Part shown: positions 12,641 through 27,610 of the stretch, in pieces
How the letters are laid out: every line of letters starts with the position of its first letter
Numbering within the stretch: the first letter of the stretch is position 1
DNA from: Octopus bimaculoides
Lineage: Eukaryota
Length of the DNA: 64,000 bases
Direction: 5' to 3'
NCBI RefSeq assembly: GCF_001194135.2
Contig: NC_068981.1
Location: forward strand, 140,644,007 to 140,708,006
Made by a program: the position numbers and the translations under genes
The notes under the pieces: generated by a model
Told to the model about the DNA's origin: nothing
The model's database searches: none
Seen by the model: the letters and a program-made list of their open reading frames with translations, nothing else

Positions 12641-15600
12641 TATATATTACAAATTGTACAATTATTTTCTAATAAATATATAATCTTACTGCAGTATCTA
12701 AATATGCTGCCAGCGAAATATAGAACTATTGTGCGATGAACAAATTTATATCTTAAATATGTTCAATTTAATACAAAAACAAAGAAGAGTGTGCTTCCAA
12801 GGGACAGGAAATCGGGATGTGCATTCACTGAGAACCCTCGTTGCTGATTTGAAAAGGTGTTTTGGGTAGATAAATATGTGCAGTGGCTATGGAAATAGGT
12901 AACGTGATAAGAGAAGCAGGTGGCTTTGAAGCAATGATAAGTGGAAAAAAAAGGTGAAAAGAAATATAACAAGCCTCTGTGAACTTTTGATCAATCAAAA
13001 TCGATACATATTTTACTTTAGAGGTGATTAAGGTGCGCCACATCTAAATAAACACGTAGACAACCTCTAGTGTTGATGAACTGAGAGAGCATTGCTCAAA
13101 ATTCAGATCCATTAATATAAGATAGTGAATACGCAACTAAAATGCTATCCTATCACTTAGAAACCATTTACCATTGTTCTTCACACAAGATACATATATA
13201 CTGTGCTGCAAAAACTACAATAGAAGTAATACAGGCAGCAACTTTAAAGAAATATTGTAATTCCTGATAATGCTGGAGGTACCACCAGATATGTTTGTTT
13301 AGGAAATACTGTAGCTATATAGGCTGCTTGAATTTATTACTACAGGCTAGCGGTGAAAAGGGAAAAGTGCTAAACACCAATTATACTAAGATTAATACTG
13401 CCTCACCCCCTTACCATTTCACGAAATGCATTTACTTCATGCAATATGATGGTTTGATCATATTCAAGGTTTGTTACACGAATTGCTTATTCCTGGCGAA
13501 TAGTACATTCTTAGGAGCGGAAACAAGTAGAAAAATGTTGTGAGAAGTTAGAAACTATCAACAAAATGCTGTTATCTTTATGGGGGAATAGCTTTCCCTG
13601 TTTGTTTTTCCTGATATATATGATACATTTAACGCTAATCTTAAACATATAAAGGCAAGCGTTTATATTTTTAAGGTCACGCAGCTTAACGTAAATCAAC
13701 GTCTCATATGGATGATTTGAATCTTTTCGCAAATAAGGAAAACAAACAGAGCATGGATTTGGTGAATATAATGTGATGGAATTTGCGATAAACTCGTGTG
13801 CAGTTTTAAGAGGAGGAAAACAGTGAGCTCATCAGATAAGGATATCATACAACAAGAAGGAAAGTAAAACTATTTGGGTAAAGCAGTAACATTTATGATA
13901 AAGGAAACAAACATAATACTTCGTAATACTTCATTTTGAAACGTAGTTCTTTAGAAGTTAAAATCAGTAGTTAAGATTAAATGAAAATGCAATCCTGCAG
14001 CTATTTCCCGATCAGCCATATATATTGTTATGGTTTAACTACACTTTTCACATGTCGAGAACATGACTGGTTATCAGTTTTTGTACATGAGAATAACAAT
14101 AATTATGTATTGTACTCTTTTCATTTTAAGATGGTAATGTGTAATTTGTATAAGATTTTGCTTCGATTTCTACGCGAGTAAGCAACTGTACAGAGTTTCC
14201 TTTCTTGATGGATGAGGACGTTGGTAACACATGTTCGTCTATATATATGCACTGCTAAGAGTACCGGTCAAAGCAAATCAACGAGCATTACCCAGCATAC
14301 ACCTGGGATATTGAAATGTCAGGCAGGTTCCAAAAAATTGACTGATAGAAAAGGCAACAGTATTATGTTTGCGTAAATTTTCAAGTTGACTGACCATCGG
14401 GTAGTTACATAGGTGAGTAGGTCCCATTTAAACAGCTAAATAAACAAACAGTTGTATTTGCCGGTGCACCAACAAAGCAAAGATTGCAAATTTATTGGGC
14501 AGTCAGTTGGCAGAACCGTTATTTCACCGACCAAAATACTTAACGTCTGTTCTTCATTGCATAATGAGAGAGGGGGTCAAAGTGTGACACACTGTCTCAC
14601 GAAAATTCGTTTTGGCATTTAGTATTATAGATATATATATGTATATATACGTATATATATGTGTATATATATATATATNNNNNNNNNNNNNNNNNNNNNN
14701 NNNNNNNNNNNNNNNNNNNNNNNNNNNNNNNNNNNNNNATATATACATGTACAGACACACACACAGGCATGCACGCACACACACACACAGATATACAATA
14801 TACGTACGATGAGCTTCTTTCAGTTTCCGTCTACGAAATCTACTGACAAGGTTTGGTTTTGTATTTCCATACTTTAAAACCTTCATCTGTGAAAATTAGA
14901 CGGTATGTATTTAAGGATTATAGCTGAATGGTATTTCCGAAAACAAAACTTAATGACTAGTATTGTTAGCTATCATGAGTATAAATTTTGAAAAAAGACA
15001 ACAATTCAAAATAAAGAAATAAAAAAAACACAGTACATACAAATTCAGTTAGAGAAGTGAACATTTTGCGGTTATTTGCTTTCTTTTTTATTTTCGTTTT
15101 ACTATATTTGGTTTTATATTATTAACATCGACGTTATAACGAAACAGTTCTATGTTAGTACCGGTTAATGTTACATCCTAAAACAATAATGAATCTCCTA
15201 AAATCGCATTCGTTATATTCAGCAAAATATAATATTAATATCAATTAACATTATTTACAATGAAGGAAGCCATAACATTAAATATAAAAGAGCTATCAAA
15301 ACGAATGAAATCCCTATTACATAATTGATATTTAGTTTGTTGAAGTTGTAATGATGAAAGGTAATGTGAATCTCACCAACATTACTGCTCAAAAAGTTAA
15401 TGAACTTAATTTGATACCACAAATTATCAATGTTCCGTTCTTACTTTTTTTTTACATTGAAATCGCATTTCCCTCAGCTTTTGAACTTTATATTCAATCT
15501 AATCGAAACAGTTACAACATATCTGTAAAATCACTGGAACCGATTTCAAATATTAATGAAATGGTATTAAGTTCGTTTCAACTTCAATGATACTATATTG

Positions 15601-16157
15601 ATCATGGTAACTTGCATGCTGCATTGTTATATATATATATATCTATGAATGAAAAATACAAAACTAACCAATCATTGCTTGGAGCAAAATTTTACAGATT
15701 AATATCAAGCGTTATCTTACACAATTAGAAAAACTTGGGGAGAATTTAATGCTTAGCTCAACTCAAATAAATTCCAAACGATAAGAAATGTAATGATAGA
15801 ACAAAAAAGCAAACAAACAAAAGAATAGGAAGTTTTGAGTTTTTAAAAAATGTCATGCAAATGTCATAGAATGCCTAAATAAATGACATTTCATCTCACG
15901 TAAACATCATGTTCTTATGAAATCTAAGACAAGGAGATTAATTAATGTAAATATCAGATATGCCCTATTTGTAAATGATTCATTGCGATAAATATGTTTA
16001 AATACGTAATTACATATCACTGTATTTACGTACGCATATATGTCTGTGTATATGCATCTGCGCATGAATGTGCGTATGTATGTACGTATGCATATATGGA
16101 CATATCTATGTCTATCTACACACACACATACATACATACGTACATACATACATATAT

Positions 16158-16215
<58 letters not shown>

Positions 16216-16540
16216 GCATATATATATATATTATATATTATATATATAACGTTTTAGAAAAATATCTTTTAAAAGAGGACAAAGACGGTATATGGAACTT
16301 CGATCGAGGTAATATACAAAGTAGAATATTCTACAACGACTGGCATTTATAGATTATTTCATCATGGAGAATCCCATCGTTGTGAATTCCGTGATAGTGA
16401 CATTTTCTAAATTTCCAAGGACTTTAACCGTGAAAATGAAGTAAAATCCTTTTAAATGGCAAATAACTAGCACAATTAAAACTTAAGATCTCTCCCTGTT
16501 TGTCTTTCTCCTGCTTTATCATTCACTGCATACCCCCCCC

Positions 16541-16579
<39 letters not shown>

Positions 16580-17124
16580 TGTGCTTCTGCGTGTGCGTGT
16601 ACGTGTGTGTTGTGCGTGTGCATGTGTGTGTGTGTGTGTGTGTGTGTTAATATAATACGTTGATCTAATCATTAAATCCTCTTAACGTTTTGTAATTGTC
16701 TGTAGGTATCTTTGTCTGTCTGCCTGTCTCTCTGTATGAATGTATGTATGTATGTATATATACATGCATGCATGTATGTATGTAAGCATACATGTATATA
16801 AGTATGCATTTATGTGCGTATATGTATGTGTGTATATATGCATGAGTGTATGTATGTATGAGATTCCACTTAGGTCTGTTATTTTCATGAACATTTAACA
16901 ATAGTAACGATACTACCACTAGAATAAAATTTGTTTTAAAATTCTACTTGCGTACCATTTCAAGTTTCGTTACACATACGCCATAGAAAACGAGAAACCG
17001 GGCCAATGAGCCTGGTTAGATTTTGAAAGGGCGACGTTTATCTTTTACTCTTCTATTTCAGTAATACATACTTACACAAATGCATATACACACGCACGTA
17101 CATAAACACACACACACGCACACA

Positions 17125-17190
<66 letters not shown>

Positions 17191-17694
17191 GGTTCATATT
17201 GAACCGCTGTCGCAATTACAACCGGGAGTTTTTAAACTCTCTCAAAGCGATGTTGGATTCAATAATTCAAGAATTTATCTTCTACATATCTAATAAAATT
17301 TTATTCGTATTTGTTGTCCATATTCATGCTTTGGGAAACCCTATTATTTTTCGTATATCATTTTTGATTTAATTATTGAAATGATTATATCAGCTGGTAT
17401 TTCATGTGACTTTACTTACGTCAGTAGTAGACAATATAAGGCAACGGTTATGCGTATGAAGCATATTGAAACGGAAACATTTGGCAAAAACTCTCCGCCA
17501 GTCTTCAGAAAATGAATCACAAAATTGAGGCTTCTTTCATAATAGGCAAGTAAAGTATAGAGAAAGCTTTATGTTTGAGATTATCAACCATTCTCATGAG
17601 CTGTCGGCCGCAATTTCAGCTAGTCAGTTGTTTGACTTTCATTTACTGTGAAGATAATTTAAATAACTGAAGAATTAATTTATTTTAAATAATA

Positions 17695-17911
17695 TACGAG
17701 GCTAAAAATTACCTGCAGTTAAGGCTATGGCGAAAGGCCTGGTTGGTGGCCCAAACTTCCGTGTTTTTTTTACAGGCCTTAGAAAAAATAAAGGACCGCT
17801 GCAATAAGTGTCTGAATCTGAGAGGGGTCTGTGTTCAATAAAATCATAATTAAGTGAGCCGCCTGCATTTTCTTTCATCTAAAGCCAGGAACATTTTAGC
17901 ACCCACTCATA
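17695..17911 (+). mobile_element. Short non-autonomous mariner derivative (MITE)
   Basis: Begins TACGAGG and ends ...gccaggaacattttagcacccactcata (a decayed inverted end). It retains the transposase C-terminus DRCNKCLNLRG. Confidence 0.75.
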
Positions 17912-18685
17912 TTTGTTTGTGTTTGTTGTCTAATTTCATGTGTGTGTGTATGTGTGTGTCTGTGTATGTGTGTGTGTGTGCGTGTGTGTGTGTGTGTGCG
18001 TGTGTGCTTGCGCGTGTGTGCGTGTGTTTACACCGTCTGATAGTTTTAATTTATTTAGGCATACTTAAATAAAAAATGTACTTTATATCAGCAAAGCATA
18101 CACTTGAATGTGTACTAAACGTATCATGTGTTATACAAATATTAAAGAGAAAGAGATGAAGCAAATATAGTGTGGCTGTCAGTATTGGTTTTCAAGTAGT
18201 ATATGCGTAAGCTAAATGTAACTCACTCAGAAATTGCCTGCATCATATTGTGACAATCCTATGTTGTTACTCAGGCAAAAGAACGATTGGACCATCTGTT
18301 GTATATAGCAATGATAATAAAAGTATTTGACGTCAATCTTCACAGATGAGTAGCAAAGAAGATTTTACCTCCTTTGGAGATAGGAAATGGGCGCCAACAC
18401 TAATGTCAGGCATTTATTCGCTCTGTTAAATAAGCTTTTTCCCCTCGATATTTAGAGGTCAAATTTGGCAGAGTATGAAACAGATTTTTGCGTTTATATA
18501 TTGAAATAATCATCATATTTGAGCCGTATTATACACACAAATTGAAACATAATTTCTCAAAATTGTTAGAACTATTGTTTAGTAAGTAAGAAATAATAAT
18601 AAAGGAATAAGAAAGAGCACTATCTAAACACAATTCCGAAGAATACCCTTGAAATTTCTAATTACATATCCATAATTGAATTTAA

Positions 18686-18911
18686 AGGTTGTTGCCATAT
18701 TTTACGTGGCTGTTCTATGCAGAACAAATGTTACAATATTTTAACCACAGGAAAACATTTTCTCCCGCTGGCTAACGACACAAACCGTGTCTGTTTTATC
18801 GTGAACAAAGGTTGTGTGTCATTAGGCATCGGGAAAAGATGTTTTCCTGAGATTAAAGTATAGTAACATTTGTTCTGCATAAAACAGCCACGTAAAATGT
18901 GGCAACGGCCT
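18686..18911. mobile_element. Palindromic MITE with Kolobok-like ends (TTAA-AGG...CCT-TTAC)
   Basis: Arms of about 100 bp are near-perfect reverse complements around a loop of about 22 nt. The left flank is TTAA and the right flank TTAC. Confidence 0.75.
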
Positions 18912-19106
18912 TTACTATTTAGTAATAGTTACTATGTGAATCTCTCTCAGAGATTTAAACCAGCTAATTCATCTTGTTAAATTACTATAGATTTGTTATT
19001 TATAGCGAACTGATATTTCAGTTATCTTATATGAAGATATCCATCAGTGCATCTGAAATGGCTGTGCATCTGAAATGGCTTATCTTATTTATGATTCTTT
19101 TTTTAT

Positions 19107-19493
19107 CGTGGCTGTGTGTCAAAAAGCTTGCTTCCCAACCACATGGTTTCCGGTTCAATCCTACTGCATGGCATCTTGTTCAGGAGTCTTTTCCTATAAC
19201 CTCGAGCTCACCAAAGCCTTATGAGTGGGTTTGGCAAACGGAAACTAAAAGAAGCCCCTCACATATATATACATATATATATGTATGTATATAAATTTAC
19301 GTATGTGCGTCTTTGTGTACGCGTTTGCCCCTATCACTTGACAACCGATGTTGGTGTGTTTATGTTGCTGTTCGGCAAAAGAGACCGGTAGAATAAGTAC
19401 TAGGCTTAAAAATAATAATTCCTAGGGTCGATTTCTTCTACTAAAATCTTTTCAGGCGGTTCTCCAGTATACCTGCAGTCAAATGAGTGAAAC
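19107..19493 (+). mobile_element. Full-length family A SINE
   Basis: Colinear with 11091-11474 over head, CORE-like segment, microsatellite and tail. Confidence 0.9.
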
Positions 19494-19540
19494 GTGTACA
19501 TGAACATCTTATATCTAGGGCATATTGGCAAAAATCTTAC

Positions 19541-19700
19541 GCGCATTCGTGGCTGTGTGGTAAGAAGCTTGCTCCTCAACCACATTGTTCTGGGTTCAGT
19601 CCCACTGCGTGGTACTTTCTGCAGGTGTCTACTACAATAGTCTCGGGCCGACCAAAGCCTTGCGAGAGGATTTGGTGGACGGAAAATAAAAGAAGCCTGT

Positions 19701-19734
<34 letters not shown>

Positions 19735-19744
19735 NNNNNNNNNN

Positions 19745-19776
<32 letters not shown>

Positions 19777-21025
19777 GTGTGTGTGTGTGTGTTTGTAAAT
19801 ATGAGGTTTATAAATTAAAATAATTTATTACCTGTGGTAAGCAAGCATTGATAAAATTCATAAGACATAACGTATTTTAAAAAATATAAGTGTATATAAA
19901 ATATTTTGATACACAGAGAGGTGACCCTTGACAGGTCTCTATACGTGCTAAAAAGGGCGTTTAAAAACCAAACCACGAAAAATAGAATTAATTGGGCACG
20001 TTGTTATAACACTAGAAGGAACAAAGAAAATGAATTAGATAATAGCCAAATAAACTAATTTGGAATCTGTAGATCATCAGCGAGATTGCTAATTAATGAA
20101 TAATTATGAAGTTGCAAATATGTACCGAAAACACGTGCACAAGACTGCTACATCTTCATCCATTATGGATTCGAATAATTTATTACCCGTAGTTAGCATG
20201 TATAAATAAGTCTCACGAATTCATTTTTATTATCGTGCATTGGGTTTTAACTGTCCTTTTTGCATGTAAGAAGACCTGTCAAAAGACTCCTCTGTGTATA
20301 AAAATATTTTATACACACATATATTTTTTTTTAATATGTTATGCGTAATGACTTACTTTTATTTATGCATACTGGAAATAATTTTTTTAAACGTATTACC
20401 TTCTTATTTACGATAATAATATTTGTTATTCTGCAGGTATATAGGTCCCACAGTTTTAAATCTATTTCTTGCTGGACTATGTTTACGCTAGCGCACAAAG
20501 TTCGAATCCATAATGGATAATGATGTAGCTGTCTTGCGCACGTATTTTCGGTACGTACTTTCAACTACAAAATTAATCATTAATTAGCGATCCTGCTGAT
20601 CATCTACAAATTCCAAATTAATTCATTTGGCAGTTAATAGTGAAACTCGAGTTCGGGATTATCTAATTCAGTTTTTTGGTTCGTTCTAGTCTTATAAGAG
20701 CGTTCCTCGTGAGTTCTTTTTTTCGTGGTTTGGGTTTAACTGCCCTTTATAACATATAGTGAAACCTGTTAAGGGTCTTCTCTTTGGGTATAAAAATATA
20801 TCATGCACTCTTATATTTTTAAAAATATGTATATGTTTGTGTGTCTGTCTTTGTCCCTACCTCGCTTGACAACCGATGTTAGTGTGTTTACTTCCCCATA
20901 AGCAGGGGTTCGGCAAAAGTGACCGATAGAATAAGTAGAATGGTTTACAAAGCTCTGGGGTTTATTTCTTTAACTAAAGGCGGTGCTCCAGCATGGCCAC
21001 AGTCAAATAACTGAAACAAGTAAAA
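19541..21025 (+). mobile_element. Family A SINE split in its microsatellite by a foldback insertion
   Basis: The 5' half is at 19541-19705 and the 3' half at about 20830-21025, separated by (TA)n/(TG)n and an inverted-repeat element. Confidence 0.8.
19860..20835. mobile_element. Foldback element with ~320-bp diverged inverted arms plus a third partial internal copy
   Basis: The reverse complement of 19860-20180 aligns with 20500-20835 (e.g. ttcgaatccataatggat, attaattagc, ttttcgtggtttgg). 20230-20345 repeats the outer part of the right arm. Confidence 0.75.
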
Positions 21026-22127
21026 TAATATATAGTGCTCTTCTGAATTAAATCACATTATACCACAAGAGCTATGAGTAGAAAATGGATTTCGAAGCAG
21101 ACAACATCTCCAGCAGGCACACATGTATATAAACACATACACGAACAAAACGCGCACCCAGCCTTGTGCAAACACATATAGTTGAATTTCAGAAGATTAA
21201 GATATTATGGAAAAATTGAATGCGTGATGTTATCAACTGTGACAGGATGTCAGAATTTCAATCGATTTAAACCCACGAAACGTAATGTGATATGTGCCAA
21301 ACATTTGTCACTACAATTGACTACTTTCCGTTTCCGCGCAGAAACCAGAGAATACAGTACAGTCTCTCAAATTATCTGAAGCATCAAAAGCAAATATATG
21401 TATACATACATTGGTACATGTCGTATATCCCCGTCAATATTCGTTAAATGTTGAGGTGCGTTGTCAACGCACTTACTGTAACGACTTCTTTTCGTTCAGG
21501 CTGATAAGTCGTTGAATATACAGTAAACTAGGTACACCAACCTACCTAATGTAAACTATACCATAATCTGTCCTCTGTAGGGAAATCTACTAATGCTGAC
21601 AAGAGTAAAATCTCTGATCTGTTAACAATTGAACATTCTGATTGATAAAATATCACTAAATTTGCTGTTAGACTTAGACTACAGTTTCGAGTACCACAAA
21701 AAAGTATGACTTGGTATGTTTTTAAATCACAACTTTTGGGGTATAATGCGAGCAACGATTCAGATGCGGAAAACGATGCATCGCGTCCATTGATTTGAGT
21801 ACCCCTGGCCTAACATATGTTGATAATATTGTTTCTTCAGTATGTTAGAGGGGTCTTCCCTGTAATACACTCATACACACACACACACATACACACACAC
21901 ACACACACACACATACTCATATATATATATATATATATGCGTGCGTGTGTATGTGTGTGTGATAATTTAAGTTTTTTAAGGTTCAGTTATCATAAAAAAC
22001 AATTTTTGATTTATTATTTGTATATAAGAATGTTGTTGTCAGTGCCTGCAAAGTTTCAGCCGGCTAAAACATCGTTCGAAGTCACTTTCAACAACATTCT
22101 TATATATAAATAATACATAGATATATA

Positions 22128-22135
<8 letters not shown>

Positions 22136-22162
<27 letters not shown>

Positions 22163-22263
22163 ATATCTATCTATCTATCTATCTATCTACCTATCTGTCA
22201 GTCTGTCTGTCTGTCTGTCTCTTTCTCTCTCTATCTACCTCTATGTATATATATATATGTGTG

Positions 22264-22315
<52 letters not shown>
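22136..22315. repeat. Compound (ATCT)n/(GTCT)n/(GT)n microsatellite
   Basis: Directly visible tandem units. Confidence 0.95.
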
Positions 22316-25291
22316 CATACTTATAATAAAGCAGGGAAAAGGTATATATATATTTATAATAGAACAGGAAAAATATAAACAATTTACATAGTTTTAATAT
22401 ATTTTAAATGAAAAAGTATTGTGGCTCTTGTATGAAAGTTGGTGAATGAATCAACAAGTACAAAAATCTACGGGGTCATAGTTTTTTACCTATTGAATCT
22501 ATTGATTTGAACTATCTGAAATCGGTAGGGTATGTTGTGGCAGAATAGGTTGAAATTAGTGCCTAACGAGGAAGAAAATTTGCGTAATATATTAATTGAT
22601 TGCAAAGAGGCGGTGTTTCATTTTGCGACCGTAATATACTAGCGCATATTTTAAAGATTCATAATTGAAATTATATCCTACTTTTGTGTTAGCAGTGCGA
22701 CATTCTCAGTTTTCTGTTTATTACTATAGATTATCTTTACAAAAATGAGCCAGAAAGACAAGTTACGATGGGCGTCTGTATGCGTATTTCTGCGTGCGTG
22801 TGTGCGTGCGCATCCTGCTTGTTTGTGTACGTATAAGCCGCAACATCCCAGAGAGAAACTGCATTTTTGTCATTCGCCTTGTTCTGTTAAATCATTTTAA
22901 ACGATTTGTGTAGATGATCTTTCTTTATATATACATGTGTGTCCATGTATGTATGTATGTATGTATGTATGTATGTATGTATGTATGTATGTATGTATGT
23001 TTGTTTGTTTGTATGTATGTATGCTTGTATGTATGTATATATACATATATATATATGTATAGATATGTATGTGTATATATGCCGAATTAATTTTCTGAAA
23101 TGCCGAACAAATCTTCTGAAAATGCTAAATCATATACGTAAAATATATAGGGTAGCGTGTCTTTTTTTAGAAATTTCACTAACAGTGGCCTAGCATGTAT
23201 AAAAAAATCAATAGACACCATATTTCCAATGTAAAATAGTGTACTTTTAAACACAAGAGAAGCTGCCTTTAACAAGCACCTTTACATGCTAGAAGAAGCA
23301 GTCAAAACGACCAAAGCCACACTTAAAAGCAATTTCGAAGGGAATGAAAAATAAAAACTTTTACCTTGTTATTTTTTACGGCCATACCTAAATTTTGAAT
23401 TTTATTTAGCAAATAAAATAATTTGCCAGGCGAAATTTTCATCATATTCATAGATTTGAAGTAGCGTTGGATGAGATTTGAAGCATTAGAAAGTACACGA
23501 ACTCATAAACTACATTACCCTAACATGTGTTTATTCAACGTCTTACGTGAATCCATGTAAATAATCCCTGCTTGGCCATTTTTGCACAAAAGCAGACACA
23601 AAGGCATAGATGCGCAATCACATCTACTTGCATACATGCGTATATACATGCATATATATACATGCATATATATATACATGCATATATATACATGCGTATA
23701 TACATGCATACATATGTACATACACACACGCGCGCACAGACATATACACATATATGCAAATGGGTAAAGACGTACACAACATTGTTATGTACAAATGAAA
23801 AATTTATTCAGAATTGAGTATACATGTGTCACTACTCAGAGATTTTGTTATCTGTCTCCGCACACGAGCAAGACATACATATGTCTGTATGTGTGAAAAT
23901 GTGTTTGTGTATATGCGTATGTGAATGTGTGTCTCTCTATATGCGTATGTGAATGAGTTTCTCTATATATGTACCCATGAACAGCTGTCTTTCTTTGTTT
24001 AAGGGAATATTCAGGAAATGGAAGTATTATTTTGTCTTGTTGAGTATTCTTGTATTACTTCAATTTTATTTTCTACCCTATTGAAATTTCAGGATAATAA
24101 AAATATCGGTATCTTCCTTTGTGTATTTTCAATTTTCTTCTCCTCATCATACAGTATATTACACTTCTACATTAATTCTCCAAATATCCGACTGTGTTTA
24201 CTGTTTGTTTCAACTCTGTATAAATCTTTATTTAGCAATAAGGTAGCGTCTTAACCTGAATAAAAAAGCTATCAAACTATTTTATTGTACTTTCCTTTTT
24301 ATTTTCCTTTACAAAACTAGGGTCTAACAATTCTTTTCTTGATCACTTGCTATTTCTTTATTGGCATCAACTAGTTTTATGCTGACTTAATCTTTTGAAA
24401 CGCTGCATTTCAAAATTTCATTCGATGCTGATCTATGCCTCGGCCACGTGACATTTGCATGCAATCATACTAATTTAATTGCTGTGCTCTTGACATAACC
24501 AAATTGATAGTGTTCGCTGTTCACCCTGAATGTAATTAGAGTTTGATTTATGATACGGCTTTAAATATTTTTTTCTCCTTAGAAATAATAGAAATCTCTG
24601 CAGTTTTAGAAAGCAGTAGATTTTGATGAATTATCTCCTTTGAAGTGAATAAGTTCGTTTCTTCTCTCGAAATAAACTTGCCCTGTAGCACTTTACTGCG
24701 AACTGAATTAAGATTTAAGGACTGGATTAGTGTGTGGTATTAAAATACCTGTCTACTTCCACACAGTGCAGGAAAGAATAAACAGATATATTTTTTATCC
24801 TATGAAATTCTACCTTGTTAAAAGTAAACGATGTATTGCATAATAAATACCACTAAAAACCATGAATAAACAAAATATGGGCGTTTCAGAGCTAGAATTG
24901 TTTTGATAAATTTTTAACGAAGGCTGAGTTAAGCTGGGTTTGAGCAACAGCAAGAGCATCCTTCTGATAGTGTGTCACATGAAACCAAGCTAGCCAGCTG
25001 TCTATACACATAACACATTGAACGTTTATCTCTAGAGTATAATTCAATACACACCAAAGCAAGTGCTAACGGTTTTCTTTTCCTTTGTTTATACACTTTC
25101 AGTAGTTGCAAGGATAGTGAATGTAAATCATATAAAGCTGAAACGTTTAGGTATAAGTTTCTCTATTACTCTCTCGTCTCCCATTTTCCTACATGCAAAC
25201 ATACAGGCAAAAACATACACGTGCACACACAAGTATCTAACTATCAAAGCACACACGCAAACACACATACACACACGCATGCGTGAACACG

Positions 25292-25323
<32 letters not shown>

Positions 25324-25559
25324 AACACAACGTTCGGGCTGAAATTTTGAAGTCCTTTTTATGTCATTTTTCATGAGCAGATTGACTTATCGGTGAACAG
25401 TCAACAGCGTTGGAGAGCATAAAAGGTAAAGTTGTTGTTCATAAAAACTTAGTTGTAGAATACTGCAAAAGAGGTACCTGGATGATGATGATTCACGCTC
25501 AGTATCAAAATACTGGCAACACGACTACTACTCAGTGCTTTGTAAAAAATCTAAAGGCA

Positions 25560-26010
25560 GCAAGTCGTGCTATGGGCAGCTAAAACGGTGACTACATAGC
25601 TACGGCCAACAGGAAGAGACACAACAGGCGTTCTAGTTGTGTTTCCACGCTCAAATCCATCCCCCATATCTTTGGATATGGGCTCTTGCTCAATTTAGAT
25701 GAGGGCTATAAAGCTGCTGGAAACATTGGTCAGACACTAACTCGAGACGGTTGCTGGTGCAGGATCATATGTGTGACAGTAGAAATCGCGTAGGTGAAAT
25801 ACCTCCAGAAACTGTGAAATATAGTTGTCAGAGATTTCTACGACATCACCAGACTTAACATGTGACTCATAATTTCGCCTAATTGTGATCTCATGTTTTA
25901 ATACGCATGGGGTGCAGTTGAGAAAGACTTCAATGCCTCTGCCTAAAACACCAAGGCCAAGCTGATATTCAACACCAAAGAGATGTTCGTAGACCTTCCC
26001 AGCGACACAC
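25560..26010 (+). mobile_element. Decayed, internally deleted maT/DD37D (Tc1/mariner superfamily) transposase remnant
   Basis: Manual translation gives ...IKLLETLVRH*LETVAGAGSYV*Q... and YAWGAVEKDFNASA*NTKAKLIFNTKEMFVDLPSDT. It is homologous to 41150-41845. Confidence 0.7.
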
Positions 26011-26579
26011 ACTTATATATAACGCAGAAGCCTAATACAGCTCCCTAGCTCGAGGCTCCGCTTTGAACTTGGAACCTAACGGATGACTAGTTCTAGCATT
26101 TTCTCAGCGTACCTACTTCTTTAGATCACCAGTGAAATAATCACCACATATTCTATATATATATATGTATATATGTGTGTGTGTGTATGTGTGTGTGTGT
26201 GTGTGTTTGTATATATATATAAATTACTAATTGAAAACAAATCTGGTAATGTAAATATTATGGGTCACACATAGGTGGTGTATGCCTTTACATTATATTG
26301 TTATTTTCCGTGGAGTAGCGTTCGCGGCAGTGCACAACACGATATCGAATGTTCACGATCAACAAATGTCGTAGACCAGGCGCGACAACTCGCCTCGAAT
26401 AACTGAGAATGGTTTCGCCATTATTATGTCTTATCAATGCCATGTACTCGGATCACTTCGACGTGAGTCGCTCTCATGGGATTTATATGCAAACAGAGGG
26501 AATCCTTAGATGTAAATGACCTACGCAAGGGCATACTACCGCTAGACTAGGTACATCTATGTCTATGTATCTTTGATTC

Positions 26580-26755
26580 TGTATTTGTCACCCACTACAG
26601 CTTGACAACTGGTGTTGTAGTGTTTACGTCATCGCTAGAATAAATACCAGGCCTGAAAAACAAATAAGTACTGGGTCGGTTTGTTCGAATAAAATTCTTC
26701 AAAGCGGTGCTCCAGCTTGGCTGCAGTCTAGTGACTGAAGCAAGTAAAAAGATAA
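26580..26755 (+). mobile_element. 3' half of family A SINE
   Basis: gcttgacaactggtgttgtagtgtttacgtc...gcggtgctccagcttggctgcagtc...gactgaagcaagtaaaa. Confidence 0.8.
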
Positions 26756-27610
26756 AATCTAAAGATATCAGTGTGTGTGTATGTGTGTGTCTGTGTGTGT
26801 CTGTGTGTGTGTTTGCTATGTACAGAGAGTGTGGTAGGACAGAGACAAAAGGCTCAGATACGTAAGCGAATCGGGAAGACGAAAAAGTCTGTTTACCTGG
26901 CATCGTCACACGTTTACCAGAATACTGCTGGATGAAACGGAATTCGGAAAATTGACCAGTAGTAGGTAAGGAAACAAAATGGCTTCTCACAAAAAGTAAA
27001 GACGGCCCTACATAGCGATCCATGATTTGGTAGAGGTGAATTATCATGTAAGAAACTTGATATCAGTAATTTAGTGGAAAGAATTTAAAGTGGAGATGAA
27101 TAAGACCAGAACAAGACATGTTACTGGAGTAATTTTTTAACCTACTGGCAATATAAAAATGCCGGAATGTTGCTTTGGAGATTATGGACGCTGTTTCAGC
27201 ATATATGAATAAAGGAATCTAATGCACTTTGTTGAGCGAAGATAAAACTTCACTTTGTATCTTAAGAAGAAACTCGTCAGGCATAATGAACCCTGAATCA
27301 TTTCCCAAATAAGACTTAGATGTAAATCTATTGAAAATACAACTGATACATAAGCGCTTATTTTCTGAACGGTGGGCTGCAAGTTTTGTGCAAATATTTG
27401 AAAAATATATTACTTCTTAATCAGATGACCAGAAAGCTACGTCGCCCTAATTATGAACTTCTTAAATTTGGCCAACTCATGTAGCTCACTCCGTCTTGCT
27501 CTCATACAAGCACCGGTATATCTCTATATATATTTTCCCCACACTTTAATGTTATAATCTCTACTCACTTCGCAGATTCGTTTAAAAACATGCGAGTTTA
27601 AAATCGGTTC

